A stretch of DNA of 64,000 bases from Dehalococcoidia bacterium (GCA_963555965.3 OY821634.1:1523754-1587753); one strand, 5' to 3'. Shown: positions 47,406 through 57,968, counted from the stretch's first letter. A program made the numbers and translations. The notes: generated from the sequence alone by a model not told the origin.

Positions 47406-48119
47406 CTATTTTCGAGTAAGAAGGCTTTGCAGTTCGGCCAAAGAAGTAATTCGGGGATGATCGATGAAAGCAGGGTGATTGTTGTTGCGGTCAAGCAGCA
47501 CAGGCTGGATCCCCGCGCCGATGGCGCCGTTGATGTCAGTTTCGAGCTGATCGCCGACCATGAGCGCAGAGTGTGGTGGCGTGTCGTTCGCTCGGCGCAA
47601 AGCTTCTGCAAATATGCGTGGGTCTGGCTTTTCGCATCCGACTTCGCTACTTGTTACTGCAAAATCGATGCTATCTGATAGTCCGAGTTGTTCAGACAAC
47701 TCAGATCCGTTGCTAGGCACATTCGACACGATGCCTACAACATATCCACTCCCTCGGAGCCCATCAAGGTTAGACAAGACGTCGTCGTAAAGGACCATTT
47801 CATATTCCTGCTCAGCGACGGCCTGCCAAATCTTGTCGGCCAGTTCGAGATCCACATCAATGCTGCATCCTTGCAGGACCAATTGCTCGAATTTGGCGAA
47901 GAATTGATCGCGCTCGGTCATCGCCATCTTTCGGATTGGCGTTTTGGTGTTTTCATGGGTCATATAAGCCTCGGCGACCGCATACCCGGCATCTATGCCC
48001 TCTTTTGTTACCTTGATGCCGAACTGCGATGCGGCGCGTGAGTGGATGACGTAACGGTCGGGTGACCATGTGGCCAAGGTACCGTAAACGTCGAATAGTA
48101 TCGCTTTGATATTTCTCAT
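47406..48119 (-). CDS. HAD superfamily hydrolase
   Basis: IKAILFDVYGTL (motif I) and MVGDQLETDINGAIGAG (motif IV) are present. I chose the ATG at 48119. Confidence 0.8.
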   Translation of the reverse strand: MRNIKAILFDVYGTLATWSPDRYVIHSRAASQFGIKVTKEGIDAGYAVAEAYMTHENTKTPIRKMAMTERDQFFAKFEQLVLQGCSIDVDLELADKIWQAVAEQEYEMVLYDDVLSNLDGLRGSGYVVGIVSNVPSNGSELSEQLGLSDSIDFAVTSSEVGCEKPDPRIFAEALRRANDTPPHSALMVGDQLETDINGAIGAGIQPVLLDRNNNHPAFIDHPRITSLAELQSLLTRK

Positions 48120-48147
48120 ATCTTTCGATGTTGCCGTTTGACGAGTT

Positions 48148-48924
48148 CTATTCTTCATTATCGAATTCGGATTCCACCTTCTCCTTGGCAAACACGATCG
48201 CCGAGACGCGTCGGGCACCAGCGCGTTTGAGAGCCGCGGCACAATTCATGAGCGTGTTGCCAGTAGTACAGACATCATCGATCAAAAGAACATGCGCGTC
48301 GTCGAAGCGGTAGTTGGCTTCGAACGCGCCTATAAGTGAGACCGCTCGTTGGTGCCGCGTTAATTCCACCTGTGACTGCGTGGCGCGAGTCTTGGTCAAT
48401 GCGTCGTCAAGGAATCGCAACTGAAGGTTGCAGGCTATTTCCTTCGCCAACAGAGATGTTTGGTTGTATCCACGCTCTCGCAAACGATCAGTGTGCGCTG
48501 GCACTGGTGCAACGCAATCCAAGTTCGCTCTGGTAGCAAATGAGTGTGCCGACATGGTTTTTGCCATTTCAGGTGCAATCGCAATTATGTGTCGGTATTT
48601 CAGGGCATGGACGGCGCTTCGCACCGGGCCTCCGTACCGAAAAATCGGCACGAGGCGGTCCAAAGGTGGCGGCAAGGCGATGCAATCGCCGCAGAGTTGT
48701 AAGTTCTCAGAAGTGTGTTCCCCGCATTTCAGGCATGTGTTACCAGCCAGTTTCGGCGCATTTACGATGCACTGGTCGCACCATAGCGATCCTTCGGCAC
48801 CGCAGTGGACACAGACGACGGGCACTAGGAAATCGACCATTGCCTTGATGGCTTTGGACGCGGTTTCGATTACAGGCGCTCGCATCTTCTGAAATCCAAG
48901 ATTGCCTTTATCCACGATACTCAT
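48148..48924 (-). CDS. comF: ComF family protein (phosphoribosyltransferase domain)
   Basis: The N-terminal zinc ribbon is CVHCG...CDQC...CLKCG...CGDC. The PRT motif is VLLIDDVCTTGNT. The start is either 48924 (17-nt overlap with the upstream gene) or Met14. Confidence 0.8.
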   Translation of the reverse strand: MSIVDKGNLGFQKMRAPVIETASKAIKAMVDFLVPVVCVHCGAEGSLWCDQCIVNAPKLAGNTCLKCGEHTSENLQLCGDCIALPPPLDRLVPIFRYGGPVRSAVHALKYRHIIAIAPEMAKTMSAHSFATRANLDCVAPVPAHTDRLRERGYNQTSLLAKEIACNLQLRFLDDALTKTRATQSQVELTRHQRAVSLIGAFEANYRFDDAHVLLIDDVCTTGNTLMNCAAALKRAGARRVSAIVFAKEKVESEFDNEE

Positions 48925-51900
48925 ATATGGTCACCGGACCTTGACTGAATACCGGGTGCAGATTGAGTTCCGACGAGTGGTTGAATTTCTCGATGCCGCT
49001 GGACGGGTAAGCACCCCGTTCCAGCTCTCCTACATAGACGTATCTGACATCGAACTCGTCCAAGAATCTACGCGCTTCGCTGACATCCCTGGTGGTGTAG
49101 AAGTTGTTGATCGCAGCCCTTCGACGCTGCACTTCCCAGCGGTACTCGTGCCGCTGTTGCGTCTGATGCCAATCCCAACCCAAGACGGTCGGCAGCCCCG
49201 TATAGATCGAGATACGGTTGGCCCATGTGTAGAGATCCCATTGCGCTTCGACCACCACCGGCGAGCCATCCACATTTTGCCTCAACCACTCGATTCCGGG
49301 TCTATCCGATGCGATCTCGATGTCGATGCCGCGCGTATGGTAGAACGCTTCATCCATGTAGGCTTCGCCATCGATACCGGGCCCTATGATGTTGAAGCGG
49401 TCGTCTAGCCGAACGTCAGTCGCCATCACGGGGTAGATGAATATACCAATGGCGAGGATCGCGAAAATCGATAACCATAGAGATCTGACGGAACTAACGT
49501 TGCGAGTGATGAATGCTCCCACGTCCCAGAGTCTCCACAAGGCGTAACTCGCCGCAATCGCCAGCAACCACCACGCCTGGATGTAGAACTTGAAGATCGT
49601 GTTCTGACGTCCGATGTCATTTTTCACGGTGATGACGTCAACGCCCGCGGCGATCAACAACGCCATCATCGTCAAGGCAATGGTGATGATTATGTATCGT
49701 TGACCGGGGTGTCTGCGCAGGTATGCCATTAGTCCTGTCAGAGCTAATATCGCGGCACCCGTAAGAGTGGCAATCACAGTGATGAAGTGTGGGTACGAGA
49801 TGATGACGGCGATCCAGACTACGCCGAACGCGCCGATGATTGCTGGGTTCGCCCAGTTCGGGTATCCGAAATCGGTTTTGACTGTCGCGATTATCGAACC
49901 GAAGCGGAACGTGCCGCGGCGCCACTCGATAAACATCCACGAGCCGAGTGCGAAGAGGAATATCGCATGGATGACGAGATAGCGCCAGAGTGAGGTCTGG
50001 AATTTGCTGAGCTCAACTCCGTTATTGAAGAGTTCGAAGTTGCTGTGGAACGGGAGATATACAACGTATCCAATGATCCCAACGATCATAGTTTTACCAA
50101 TAGCGTGTGCAATACCTATCAGCTTGCCTCGATGACCATAGAGATACTCGCCGGTTAAGATGAAACCTGCCGCTAGGAGCAGTTGCGTCGGGTAGTCCCA
50201 AGAGTTGATCAGGCGCAATGATCCTATCACCGTGCCCAATAAGATTAGCGAAGAGAATGTTTCGAAGCGGGACAACTTCTCCATCCCGGCGCGTAAAAAT
50301 GCGACGATAGAAAGCCCAAGCGCCAATACCGCGAATGGGATGGCGATCATGTGGGCATGGAGGTCCGCGTATAGGAATGTGAAGAAAGGGAACTCGGTAA
50401 TCTCGTTGCCGCCAGTGTCGCGTTCGAACAACCGTGTGCTGCGCCAGTAGTCGAAGCGCGGGAACTCTTGACCCTTGAAATAGGAGTCATACAATCCGAC
50501 ACCCACTTGGGACAGCCCGTCAACGTTTGCTGCCACCACGGCCAACAATGCGGCGATAATCCCGAACATTATCGGAACTCTGCCGAGTCGGATCGCGCCG
50601 CGGGCCCGCATTGCCATCGCTACTAGGTTGTACGCGACGGTGTAGACCGTAGTTGCGGACAAGGCGAATATGAGAGGCACTGCCAAGTTGTATGCCACCG
50701 ATGGGATGATGCCGGTGATCCGGATCAACGAAGCGATGATGAACTGGCCGAAGTAGTAGTAGTTGAGATACCCACCGGCGAACCACGGATCATAGGGCGG
50801 CATGATGGTAGATCGCGTGATGGCGTTTAGGTACGCGAAGTCCATCGGCTTCTCGCCACCGCGCCATGCGTGCCAGAGATCCGGATTGGCGAGTCGGACA
50901 GCCAAGAACGCGAAGAATGCAACGAGGAATATCAACTCGGCTATCGCTATTGTTTTCCAGTTCGCTCTCATGAAGATGACGACCTCCGCACCTATCCTCC
51001 AGAAGATCAGGAACGAGACAATTGCGAGTAGGACGATGCCAATTCCAACGCTGATCGTGTCGAAGCCGATTATGTCGAAGCTCGCCAGAAGCCAAGCGGT
51101 GGTGGCCACTATTAACAGTCCCAAAGGTTTGCTCAAGAGGTACCCGCGATCGGTGAAGGGACGGAATACCACATAAGTCAGCGGCCAAGCCGCTAATGCA
51201 ATGATCTGAACCGCGATTAGCCAAACCAGCCACGCCAGTTCGTTCGGCAAGTCTTGAAGGAAGTAGATCGTGTTCCAGCTATCGCCCGAACGTTGGATTC
51301 TAGCCTGGTCATCTTCGTATACCAGTCCTACTCCATCAGCGAGGACATGGCTGAGGCCGTCGGGCGATTGACCGTCGTAAATCCGGCTGAGATACTCGGA
51401 CTGCCCTAATTTTTCGGTGTTCTGGAATACGATAGCGTGTGGATGCTCATAGACCGTGAAGCTCTCGTCCGCCCATCCGAACCAGTCCCAGTTGTAGAGA
51501 GAACCGCGCGGTTTGGTGTAGCCGTCAGGAACCCCAAATGGCACTCTTGCGTATGGATCGTCCCAATAGATGACCCCGAAAAGTTCGGGCACTCGCACCG
51601 ATGAATAGACGGCCGTATAGCCCAACTCTCCGATGAACAGCTTTTCATAGAAACTCGTCGATATTGGATACCGTTCGGGCAATCTAGGAATCGTCGCCGC
51701 GAGCCGGTTGCTGAAAAGCACGAGGTAGTCAGCATCTTCCAATAATCGAGCAACGGTCGCGAACTTGGCGCGGTTGTCGGGTTCGTACATCGGCAGTTTC
51801 TCGTGCATTCGGAAGCCGATGATGTTTGGTATGCCCTCTTCCCAGTGTTCTTGGATGACGACGGTTCCCGGTCCAGCGTTTTCACGTAAATAACGGGAAA

Positions 51901-53392
51901 CGTCTTGTGCAGGGTGTGCTCCGCTGAAGACATTCAGATATGCGACCGTGTAGTGTGCGAGCAGCAGGAACGCTACGACACCGAGGGCATAGGCACCCAA
52001 TCGCGCTGCTTTATGCAATCTCGGCAAAACGTCAGAGTAAGCCCACCAGATCGCGGCGGCAGTGAAGACGATCAAAAACGGAGTGGCCGGGAGCATGTAG
52101 CGGAGGAACTTCACCTCGAACTGACCGTTGATGAACAGGTAGGGGATCAGGAATGACAATACGACAATGAACGCGAGGTTGCGTGTCATGATCACCTTAG
52201 CCAATGCCCAAATAAGACCGATCCAGACCGCGATGCCTAGAGAAATGCCCAACCCCCACGTCGAAAGTTGGCGCATCTGGTAAAGGAACGCCGGTGTGTC
52301 GATGTATTGACGAGTAAACGGGAAATCGACCACACGTCTCACCATCTCAGATTGACCGTAGATGTGGGAGAAGTAGGTATCCCAGTCGATGACCATGTAC
52401 GGCTGCGTCACCAACAGTGCGATGACCGCCGCGGAGCCGGTCAAGATAGCGTATCGGAATGCCAGATTCACATCATTGGGAGTGACGCCAATCGTTCCGC
52501 GCGACACCAAACTGGGGCCTATCAGCACGAGTAGATGCGCGCCTCCCACCGCCAGGGCAACAGGTGCTGCTGAGACCTTTGTAGCGATTGCCAAACCCAA
52601 CATCAGTCCTGACAGCAACGCGTCCGATTGTTTCCGTTCTTGGACCAACCGAGTCGAAAAATAGACCGTTGCAACGATGAACATCGTCATCGGCGCGTCA
52701 ACCGCAGTGTAGTGCGCGTTCTGTATGTGTATCACCGCTAACGCTGTTAGCAATGCCGCCAACAAACCCGCGCGCCGATCTCCGACTAGGCGCGACGCCA
52801 AAAGGAAAACAAAGAATACGGTGATCGTGTCAGCAATAGCGGCTAAGTTCCGTCCAGGAAATCGGAGATCGAAGAGGTTCCAATTTTTATCTGCAAATGG
52901 GGCCGCAATCCACTTCCAAGCAGCCAACGTGTAAAGCGGCAGACTTCCGTAATTGAACCATTGGGGATTGAGGCGGGATTCAACAGTCAGTAGCCCCGGT
53001 TCGGCCAGCTGTGAAAAATCGAGCCGTTCCGCACGTCCCAAAAAATCGCGTTCGTCAGGGTGGTAAAGTCCGCCCTGATCCCAATCAGTTCCAAACATGC
53101 GCAGAACGAGGGCTAGAACCAAGATGACACCTAGCGCTGCATCGATCAAGTCAAGCCGACGCCGAGAGGGTGCAACGCGACTCGGCGTATCTATGGGACC
53201 GATACCAGAATCAACGGACTCTACAGGTGCTGCCGCGCGCTGGCCAACGCGGATATCTACGCTAGGCTGCCACTCAGGGACTGAATAGACACTTGCGCCG
53301 GAATTCGGCTTGCGGACGTGTTCATCACCCGCATCTACGATGGTGCCACGGTGGCCGGAGTCGGAATTGGTGAGGGTTGGTTGAGGTTTCAT
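48908..53392 (-). CDS. Giant polytopic membrane protein, Chlor_Arch_YYY / DUF2298 family with GT-C-like N-terminal region
   Basis: 1494 aa, extremely hydrophobic throughout. GGYLNYYYFGQ contains the YYYxG motif that names the family. Confidence 0.8.
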   Translation of the reverse strand: MKPQPTLTNSDSGHRGTIVDAGDEHVRKPNSGASVYSVPEWQPSVDIRVGQRAAAPVESVDSGIGPIDTPSRVAPSRRRLDLIDAALGVILVLALVLRMFGTDWDQGGLYHPDERDFLGRAERLDFSQLAEPGLLTVESRLNPQWFNYGSLPLYTLAAWKWIAAPFADKNWNLFDLRFPGRNLAAIADTITVFFVFLLASRLVGDRRAGLLAALLTALAVIHIQNAHYTAVDAPMTMFIVATVYFSTRLVQERKQSDALLSGLMLGLAIATKVSAAPVALAVGGAHLLVLIGPSLVSRGTIGVTPNDVNLAFRYAILTGSAAVIALLVTQPYMVIDWDTYFSHIYGQSEMVRRVVDFPFTRQYIDTPAFLYQMRQLSTWGLGISLGIAVWIGLIWALAKVIMTRNLAFIVVLSFLIPYLFINGQFEVKFLRYMLPATPFLIVFTAAAIWWAYSDVLPRLHKAARLGAYALGVVAFLLLAHYTVAYLNVFSGAHPAQDVSRYLRENAGPGTVVIQEHWEEGIPNIIGFRMHEKLPMYEPDNRAKFATVARLLEDADYLVLFSNRLAATIPRLPERYPISTSFYEKLFIGELGYTAVYSSVRVPELFGVIYWDDPYARVPFGVPDGYTKPRGSLYNWDWFGWADESFTVYEHPHAIVFQNTEKLGQSEYLSRIYDGQSPDGLSHVLADGVGLVYEDDQARIQRSGDSWNTIYFLQDLPNELAWLVWLIAVQIIALAAWPLTYVVFRPFTDRGYLLSKPLGLLIVATTAWLLASFDIIGFDTISVGIGIVLLAIVSFLIFWRIGAEVVIFMRANWKTIAIAELIFLVAFFAFLAVRLANPDLWHAWRGGEKPMDFAYLNAITRSTIMPPYDPWFAGGYLNYYYFGQFIIASLIRITGIIPSVAYNLAVPLIFALSATTVYTVAYNLVAMAMRARGAIRLGRVPIMFGIIAALLAVVAANVDGLSQVGVGLYDSYFKGQEFPRFDYWRSTRLFERDTGGNEITEFPFFTFLYADLHAHMIAIPFAVLALGLSIVAFLRAGMEKLSRFETFSSLILLGTVIGSLRLINSWDYPTQLLLAAGFILTGEYLYGHRGKLIGIAHAIGKTMIVGIIGYVVYLPFHSNFELFNNGVELSKFQTSLWRYLVIHAIFLFALGSWMFIEWRRGTFRFGSIIATVKTDFGYPNWANPAIIGAFGVVWIAVIISYPHFITVIATLTGAAILALTGLMAYLRRHPGQRYIIITIALTMMALLIAAGVDVITVKNDIGRQNTIFKFYIQAWWLLAIAASYALWRLWDVGAFITRNVSSVRSLWLSIFAILAIGIFIYPVMATDVRLDDRFNIIGPGIDGEAYMDEAFYHTRGIDIEIASDRPGIEWLRQNVDGSPVVVEAQWDLYTWANRISIYTGLPTVLGWDWHQTQQRHEYRWEVQRRRAAINNFYTTRDVSEARRFLDEFDVRYVYVGELERGAYPSSGIEKFNHSSELNLHPVFSQGPVTIYEYRG

Positions 53393-53498
53393 GCGAACGT
53401 TGAGATTCTAATGAACACAACGCGCCCGACTGTCCCGATCCGTCGCGCGGTCTGTAACATAACTTTAGACCATCGCATCAACCGAAAGGCTCAATGAC

Positions 53499-54434
53499 AT
53501 GCTGTCTGCTCGTCAAAACGAACGCGTGGCGTACTTCAACGGCGAGATTGTCCCGGAAAGCCAAGCCGTCGTTCCGTTTAGGGACCGAGGCTTCAAATAC
53601 GGCGACGCCGTGTTTGACATGACACGCACATTCGGACACCGAATCTTCAAACTCGATGAACACTTGGATCGCTTCTACAACTCACTCGAGTACGTAAGAA
53701 TTGATCCCGGCATCACCAAAGAGGAGATGCGAGATGCGACTCTCAAAGTCGTTGAGGAGAACCTGAAACTTCTTAGCGACGACGATGATTACTGGGTCGG
53801 TCAACGCGTCTCGCGTGGCGTTGATCTAGTTGGCGGCGATATGTGGTCTACCGACGGCGGCCCCACTGTGATCATCGAGTGCACCCCATTACCACTTGGT
53901 CCCCGTGCGCGACTCTACCGAGATGGCATCGATGTGTGGGTGCCGGCAACGCGCCGGGTCAGCCCCGAGGCACTTAGTCCACGTGCCAAATCGCACAACT
54001 ATCTGAACTTGATCATGGCTGATATGGATGCTAAGGAGTACGATCCCGAGGCGTGGGCGATACTTCTCGACAATCGGGGATTCCTAACAGAGGGCATAGG
54101 TTCCAACGTATTCGTAGTTAAGGATGGAGTGGCATACACTCCGAAAGCACAGTTCGTACTTGGCGGCATATCGCGTGAGACAGCGATCGAACTCGCAGAC
54201 GAGATCGATTTGGAGGTGGTTGAGACCGATCTCGATATGTTTGACGCGACAACTTCGGACGAGGTGTTCCTAACCTCGACTTCGCTCTGCATCTGCCCGG
54301 TACGCAAAGTTCAAGGATCGACTGTGGGCGATGGCAACATTCCGGGACCCGTCACCAAGGCATTGATGGATGCTTACGTTGATCTGGTCGATTTCGACTG
54401 GGTTGGTCAGTACTTGAAACGGCTTGAAGACTGA
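53499..54434 (+). CDS. Class IV aminotransferase (branched-chain / D-amino-acid aminotransferase family)
   Basis: 311 aa with RGFKYGDAVFD, KSHNYLN and EGIGSNVFVVKDG. Confidence 0.85.
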   Translation: MLSARQNERVAYFNGEIVPESQAVVPFRDRGFKYGDAVFDMTRTFGHRIFKLDEHLDRFYNSLEYVRIDPGITKEEMRDATLKVVEENLKLLSDDDDYWVGQRVSRGVDLVGGDMWSTDGGPTVIIECTPLPLGPRARLYRDGIDVWVPATRRVSPEALSPRAKSHNYLNLIMADMDAKEYDPEAWAILLDNRGFLTEGIGSNVFVVKDGVAYTPKAQFVLGGISRETAIELADEIDLEVVETDLDMFDATTSDEVFLTSTSLCICPVRKVQGSTVGDGNIPGPVTKALMDAYVDLVDFDWVGQYLKRLED

Positions 54435-54538
54435 CCGCGCCTAACCAACCTAAGAATCTCGATTCTTCCGAACGAGACTCCGCTTCCGAGGCGTATTCTT
54501 CAAACGACGGCATCAATCGGGGTGATCGCCGTAAACCG

Positions 54539-55447
54539 TTGAATCTTGGAGCGGGTAGCTTCGCCTTCCTGCTCGCTTCCCTTTGGGCTGGGCTACCTGT
54601 CGCCGTGAAGGTTGGGCTTGAGGATTCACCTCCGTTGCGGCTTGGATTCCTCAGATTCGTGCTCGGGACGGTCGTTGTCCTCATCTGGGCGCTGATCTCA
54701 CGTCAAAGCTTGAAGATTACGCGTGCAGAACTTCTGCCGCTGATTCTGCTTGGCTTGCTGTTTTCGGTGCAGACGGCGTTCATGAATCTAGGGCAGTACA
54801 ACACCACTGCTGGACATGCCGGTGTTGTCATAACGACGTTTCCATTGTGGGCCGGCGTGTTCGCCCACTTCCTGATACCCAGCGATAGGTTGTCCCCGCA
54901 ACGCGTCGGCGGCGCAATCATCGCATACATCGGTGTCGTTGCGCTGTTCGTCAGAAGCATTATCGGCGATGTCGATGCATTGGGCGCGCCGAACGTCTGG
55001 CTAGGCGATCTATTGATAATGTGCTCCGCGTTGCTGCTCGGATTGCGCCAAGTGTACCTGTCCATACTCGGTCAGGGCATATCAACCGTGAAGATGCTCG
55101 TAGCGCAGGGCATATTCGGATGTGCAACCTTCCTTGTCGGATCATTGATTTTCGAGCCCGAACCGATTCGCATGACCTTGATACTTGGCGTATCGCTCTT
55201 CTATCAAGGAGTCATAATCGCTGGTTTCGCGTTCTTGGGCCAGACGTGGCTCTTGAGCAACTACTTGCCGAGCAGAGTATCGCTTATATCGCTGACATCT
55301 CCGATCACCACGGCGGTGTTATCTTGGTTGATACTCGGCGAGGACATAGGCCCGGAACTGTGGATCGGAGCGATCCTTGTGATGACAGGTTCCTACATCG
55401 CCCAGCGAAATCAAACGGATGCCGAAAAACGATCTGACAGCGACTGA
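54539..55447 (+). CDS. EamA/DMT family transporter
   Basis: 302 aa with ~10 hydrophobic segments arranged as two EamA-like halves. TTG start. Confidence 0.75.
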   Translation: MNLGAGSFAFLLASLWAGLPVAVKVGLEDSPPLRLGFLRFVLGTVVVLIWALISRQSLKITRAELLPLILLGLLFSVQTAFMNLGQYNTTAGHAGVVITTFPLWAGVFAHFLIPSDRLSPQRVGGAIIAYIGVVALFVRSIIGDVDALGAPNVWLGDLLIMCSALLLGLRQVYLSILGQGISTVKMLVAQGIFGCATFLVGSLIFEPEPIRMTLILGVSLFYQGVIIAGFAFLGQTWLLSNYLPSRVSLISLTSPITTAVLSWLILGEDIGPELWIGAILVMTGSYIAQRNQTDAEKRSDSD

Positions 55448-55467
55448 CAGACGGAGACGATTACCAA

Positions 55468-55902
55468 ATGTCGAATATTCCGAGCAATTTTGTCGTAGGA
55501 ACTACCGCTTCTGTCACTCGCCTCATCACCGACGAAACGGTGCGTGAGTTCGCGGCTCTCAGCGGCGATACGCAACCGTTGCACTTGGATGATGACTACG
55601 CGTCCCAAACCAGATTCGGCCAGCGAATTGCACACGGCGCATTGCTGGTCGGGATGATCTCGGCCGTATTGGGTGTTGAGATGGCCGGGCAGGATGCAAC
55701 GATCATATTCATCGGGCTGAACGTCAATTTCATCGCTCCAGTTCACATCGGAGACGAGGTCACGGCTCAATGCGAGGTGGTTTCCGTTAGGGATGACAAA
55801 CCGATAGTTAAGTTATCGGTAACCTGTACCAACCCGTCCGGAAACGAGGTGATGACTGGTGAAGCGGCGGTTTACATCGATCCGTATCCACTCGAAAGTT
55901 AG
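55468..55902 (+). CDS. MaoC-like (R)-specific enoyl-CoA hydratase / hotdog-fold dehydratase
   Basis: FAALSGDTQPLHLDDDYA...FGQRIAHGALL is the hydratase 2 motif. Confidence 0.85.
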   Translation: MSNIPSNFVVGTTASVTRLITDETVREFAALSGDTQPLHLDDDYASQTRFGQRIAHGALLVGMISAVLGVEMAGQDATIIFIGLNVNFIAPVHIGDEVTAQCEVVSVRDDKPIVKLSVTCTNPSGNEVMTGEAAVYIDPYPLES

Positions 55903-56005
55903 CTATCGATCGGGTTGCGTAGACGATTTTTTGCAATGATTCCGTCGCTCCCGTACACTTAGAAGTAAGTGCCAGTACTGCACCGCTCGCGCAAGAATCG
56001 CCAGT

Positions 56006-56881
56006 GTGCAAGTGTGGCCGATCGCCATCATTGAGGAAAGCAACTTGGTATCACAGACCGAATACTCCGCAGCCGCTTCCACCTCCGACGGTTACTCTGT
56101 CCAAGACGCCGTAACCGAATATGTGATCACGATCCCCGACAGCAAGAAGCGCATGGTCCATCCAGAACTGACAAAGTTTGCCCGTTGGATCGGTCCCAAC
56201 ATCACCCTCGAATCGCTTCGTCCATCAGACATCAGCCCGTACTCCGAGACCTTTGGCGCCAGCGCGTCGGATACCAACAAACAACGTGTTACTGCGGTTA
56301 AGGATTTCCTAAACTACGTCAAGAAGAAGGGGTATATCGAGGTTAGTCTCGCCCCCCATATCCGAGTTCGCAAACCCACTATCAACGCTGCACGCGGAGG
56401 TGCGATGCGACGGCGCGACAGCGAAGTCCAGATAACTCAGCAAGGTTACGACGAGATGGTCAACCGTCTTGAGCAACTTCGCAAAGAGACGGTGCGGCTT
56501 GCAGAGGAGATCGAACGAGCTGCTGCTAGTGGGGACGTGCGGGAAAACTCACCGCTTGAAGCCGCGAGAGAGAACCAGGGCATGGTTCAGGCACAGATCA
56601 ATCGGTTGGAATCGACGCTCAAGGTGGCGACCATCATTGACGAATCCGAGCGAGTCAGCGACCATGTCCAAATCGGTTCGTGGGTACGCTTGGCTAAGGG
56701 CGGCACCGATATGACGGTCGATTACCAGATCGTCGCTGCCAATGAAGCGAACCCGTTGCGCAACAAAATTTCAGACATCTCGCCTGTTGGCAGTGCTATT
56801 CTCGGTGGCAAACTCGGAGACGAAGTTACCGTGAAGGCACCCGCTGGTGAGCAGAAATTCACGATCAACGCAATCTTCTGA
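56006..56881 (+). CDS. GreA-like transcription elongation factor with ~130-aa N-terminal extension
   Basis: The C-terminal ~155 aa are GreA-like (ITQQGYDEMVNRLEQL...ENSPLEAARENQG...ISDISPVGSAILGGKLGDEV). The N-terminal part is unrelated. A possible alternative TTG start lies at 56045 after GAGGAAAG. Confidence 0.75.
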   Translation: MQVWPIAIIEESNLVSQTEYSAAASTSDGYSVQDAVTEYVITIPDSKKRMVHPELTKFARWIGPNITLESLRPSDISPYSETFGASASDTNKQRVTAVKDFLNYVKKKGYIEVSLAPHIRVRKPTINAARGGAMRRRDSEVQITQQGYDEMVNRLEQLRKETVRLAEEIERAAASGDVRENSPLEAARENQGMVQAQINRLESTLKVATIIDESERVSDHVQIGSWVRLAKGGTDMTVDYQIVAANEANPLRNKISDISPVGSAILGGKLGDEVTVKAPAGEQKFTINAIF

Positions 56882-56954
56882 TCTCTCCTACCTGTGCGTT
56901 AATAAACCAAGCGCTTAGCAAGATTGAATCCAGACGATTAGAGGAATTTCTGCC

Positions 56955-57968
56955 GTGGAAGGGTATTTCGACAGTTTCACAGTCCTCGCGGTCTTCACCG
57001 TCGGGGTCTTTGTTCTACTTCTGATCGACCTCCTCCTCCTGAGTGGCAAAGACCACCACGTGGGTATGAAGGAGGCAACCCTCCTCACCATCTTCTGGAC
57101 ATTGGTAGCCGGTGCCGTAGGCGTATGGGTATTCATCGCCGGTGGAACCGAACTCGGCATCGAATACACGACGGCATACGTCGCCGAGAGAGCCCTCAGC
57201 ATCGACAACCTCTTCGTATTCCTCGTCATCTTCAACTACTTCGCCCTCCCTGACCTCTTCCGTTCCCGCGCCCTCCTCTTCGGCATCGTCGGAGCCCTTG
57301 TCGCCCGCGCCGTCTTCATCTTCTTCGCCGTCGGCATAATCTCCGTATTCGAACCCGTCCTATACCTCCTCGCCGCAGTCCTCATATACACCGCATACAA
57401 ACTCATCACCTCCCACGGCGAAGACGTCGACCCTTCCAAGAACATAGTCGCAAGAGTGTTCCGACGCATCTACCCAGTCTCTGACGAGTACGACGGCCAC
57501 AATTTCTTCACCGTCAAAAACGGCATACGAATGGCCACACCATTCGCCCTCGTCGTCATCGTCCTTGGATCAACCGATGTCGTCTTCGCAATCGACTCTA
57601 TCCCGACCGTAGTCGGCATCTCCAAGAATCAATTCATCATCTGGTCATCAAACGCCATGGCCGTTCTCGGCATGAGACCCCTATTCTTCCTCCTCGAAGG
57701 CCTCGTAAACCTCTTCCGATATCTCTCCTACGGTCTAGCCGCGATCCTCGCGTTCATCGGCGTCAAGATCATCATCGAAACCGCCATCCACGACCAGTTC
57801 CACGACTTCATCCATGACATCGGCGTCCCCAGCGACTCCGTATCCATCATGATCACTCTCGGTTCCTTGGCAATCGTGATCGCTATCCTAGTGATCAGCG
57901 TCATCGCATCAGTCGTACTGCCACAGTCAAAAGAAGACCATCATAACCACGACGAGGCGGCGGCGTGA
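56955..57968 (+). CDS. TerC family integral membrane protein
   Basis: AERALSIDNLFVFLVIF and a second DSIP-containing half. 337 aa, multi-pass. Confidence 0.85.
   Translation: MEGYFDSFTVLAVFTVGVFVLLLIDLLLLSGKDHHVGMKEATLLTIFWTLVAGAVGVWVFIAGGTELGIEYTTAYVAERALSIDNLFVFLVIFNYFALPDLFRSRALLFGIVGALVARAVFIFFAVGIISVFEPVLYLLAAVLIYTAYKLITSHGEDVDPSKNIVARVFRRIYPVSDEYDGHNFFTVKNGIRMATPFALVVIVLGSTDVVFAIDSIPTVVGISKNQFIIWSSNAMAVLGMRPLFFLLEGLVNLFRYLSYGLAAILAFIGVKIIIETAIHDQFHDFIHDIGVPSDSVSIMITLGSLAIVIAILVISVIASVVLPQSKEDHHNHDEAAA

Noticed and set aside
56882-56954. yybP-ykoY (manganese) riboswitch upstream of the TerC-family gene.
   Set aside because: The intergenic region is only ~73 nt, and I could not see the conserved four-way-junction sequence elements. 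cmscan would be needed to exclude a degenerate form.
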